A DNA stretch of 56,804 nucleotides from a virus (taxonomy: Duplodnaviria; Caudoviricetes). The notes beneath the pieces were generated by a model. That model worked only from the letters and a program-made list of their open reading frames with translations, was not told the DNA's origin and did not search any database. The position numbers and the translations under genes are program-made. The stretch is from the IMG/VR virus record IMGVR_UViG_3300032240_000220, positions 1 through 56,804 of that record; one strand, 5' to 3'. Positions 56,770 through 56,804 of this stretch are shown here, piece by piece; position 1 is the stretch's first letter, and each line of letters starts with the position of its first letter.

Positions 56770-56804
56770 ATTTCCTCCACAGTTATGCGGTACTGCTTGC
56801 CAAA
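56682..56804. repeat. Terminal direct repeat, copy 2
   Basis: Identical to 1-123. Confidence 0.97.

Noticed and set aside
1-56804. Alternative genetic code or stop-codon reassignment
   Set aside because: The standard code gives dense, intact genes, and all three stop codons are used

Overview
The window is most likely a complete ~56.7 kb dsDNA tailed-phage genome. Bases 1-123 are repeated exactly at 56682-56804, so the assembly is circular with a unit length of 56,681 bp. It has a P22/BPP-1-like podovirus layout, and the gene content resembles uncultured freshwater betaproteobacterial phages (host is inference). The minus strand carries a long late module (terS, terL, two large multi-domain proteins, portal, GroES, scaffold, major capsid protein, head-tail proteins, three repeat-rich fibre/adhesin genes, lysis cassette, tail nozzle, ejection proteins, lytic transglycosylase). 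It also carries a replication module (Cro-like HTH, DUF1376-type initiator, DnaB-like helicase, a TET/JBP-associated-type glycosyltransferase with a small partner, RusA). A short plus-strand operon encodes an SSB-like protein, HTH proteins, a lipoprotein and a PD-(D/E)XK nuclease. I recognised no integrase, CI repressor, DNA polymerase, tRNA, CRISPR array or reverse transcriptase. The strongest signals are: (1) a short [FYM]-[AK]-x-G-G-x-[VI] tag shared by many unrelated late proteins, which also marks internal domain junctions of a large polyprotein, a candidate capsid-cargo addressing or processing system; (2) apparently complete genome-wide avoidance of GCWGC, CCWGG and GGWCC through synonymous codon choice; (3) an orphan DNA glycosyltransferase with no TET or C5-methyltransferase partner; (4) two densely structured non-coding regions; (5) a probable frameshift at the start of a lysis-cassette gene. 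All family calls come from motif recognition by eye, not database searches.
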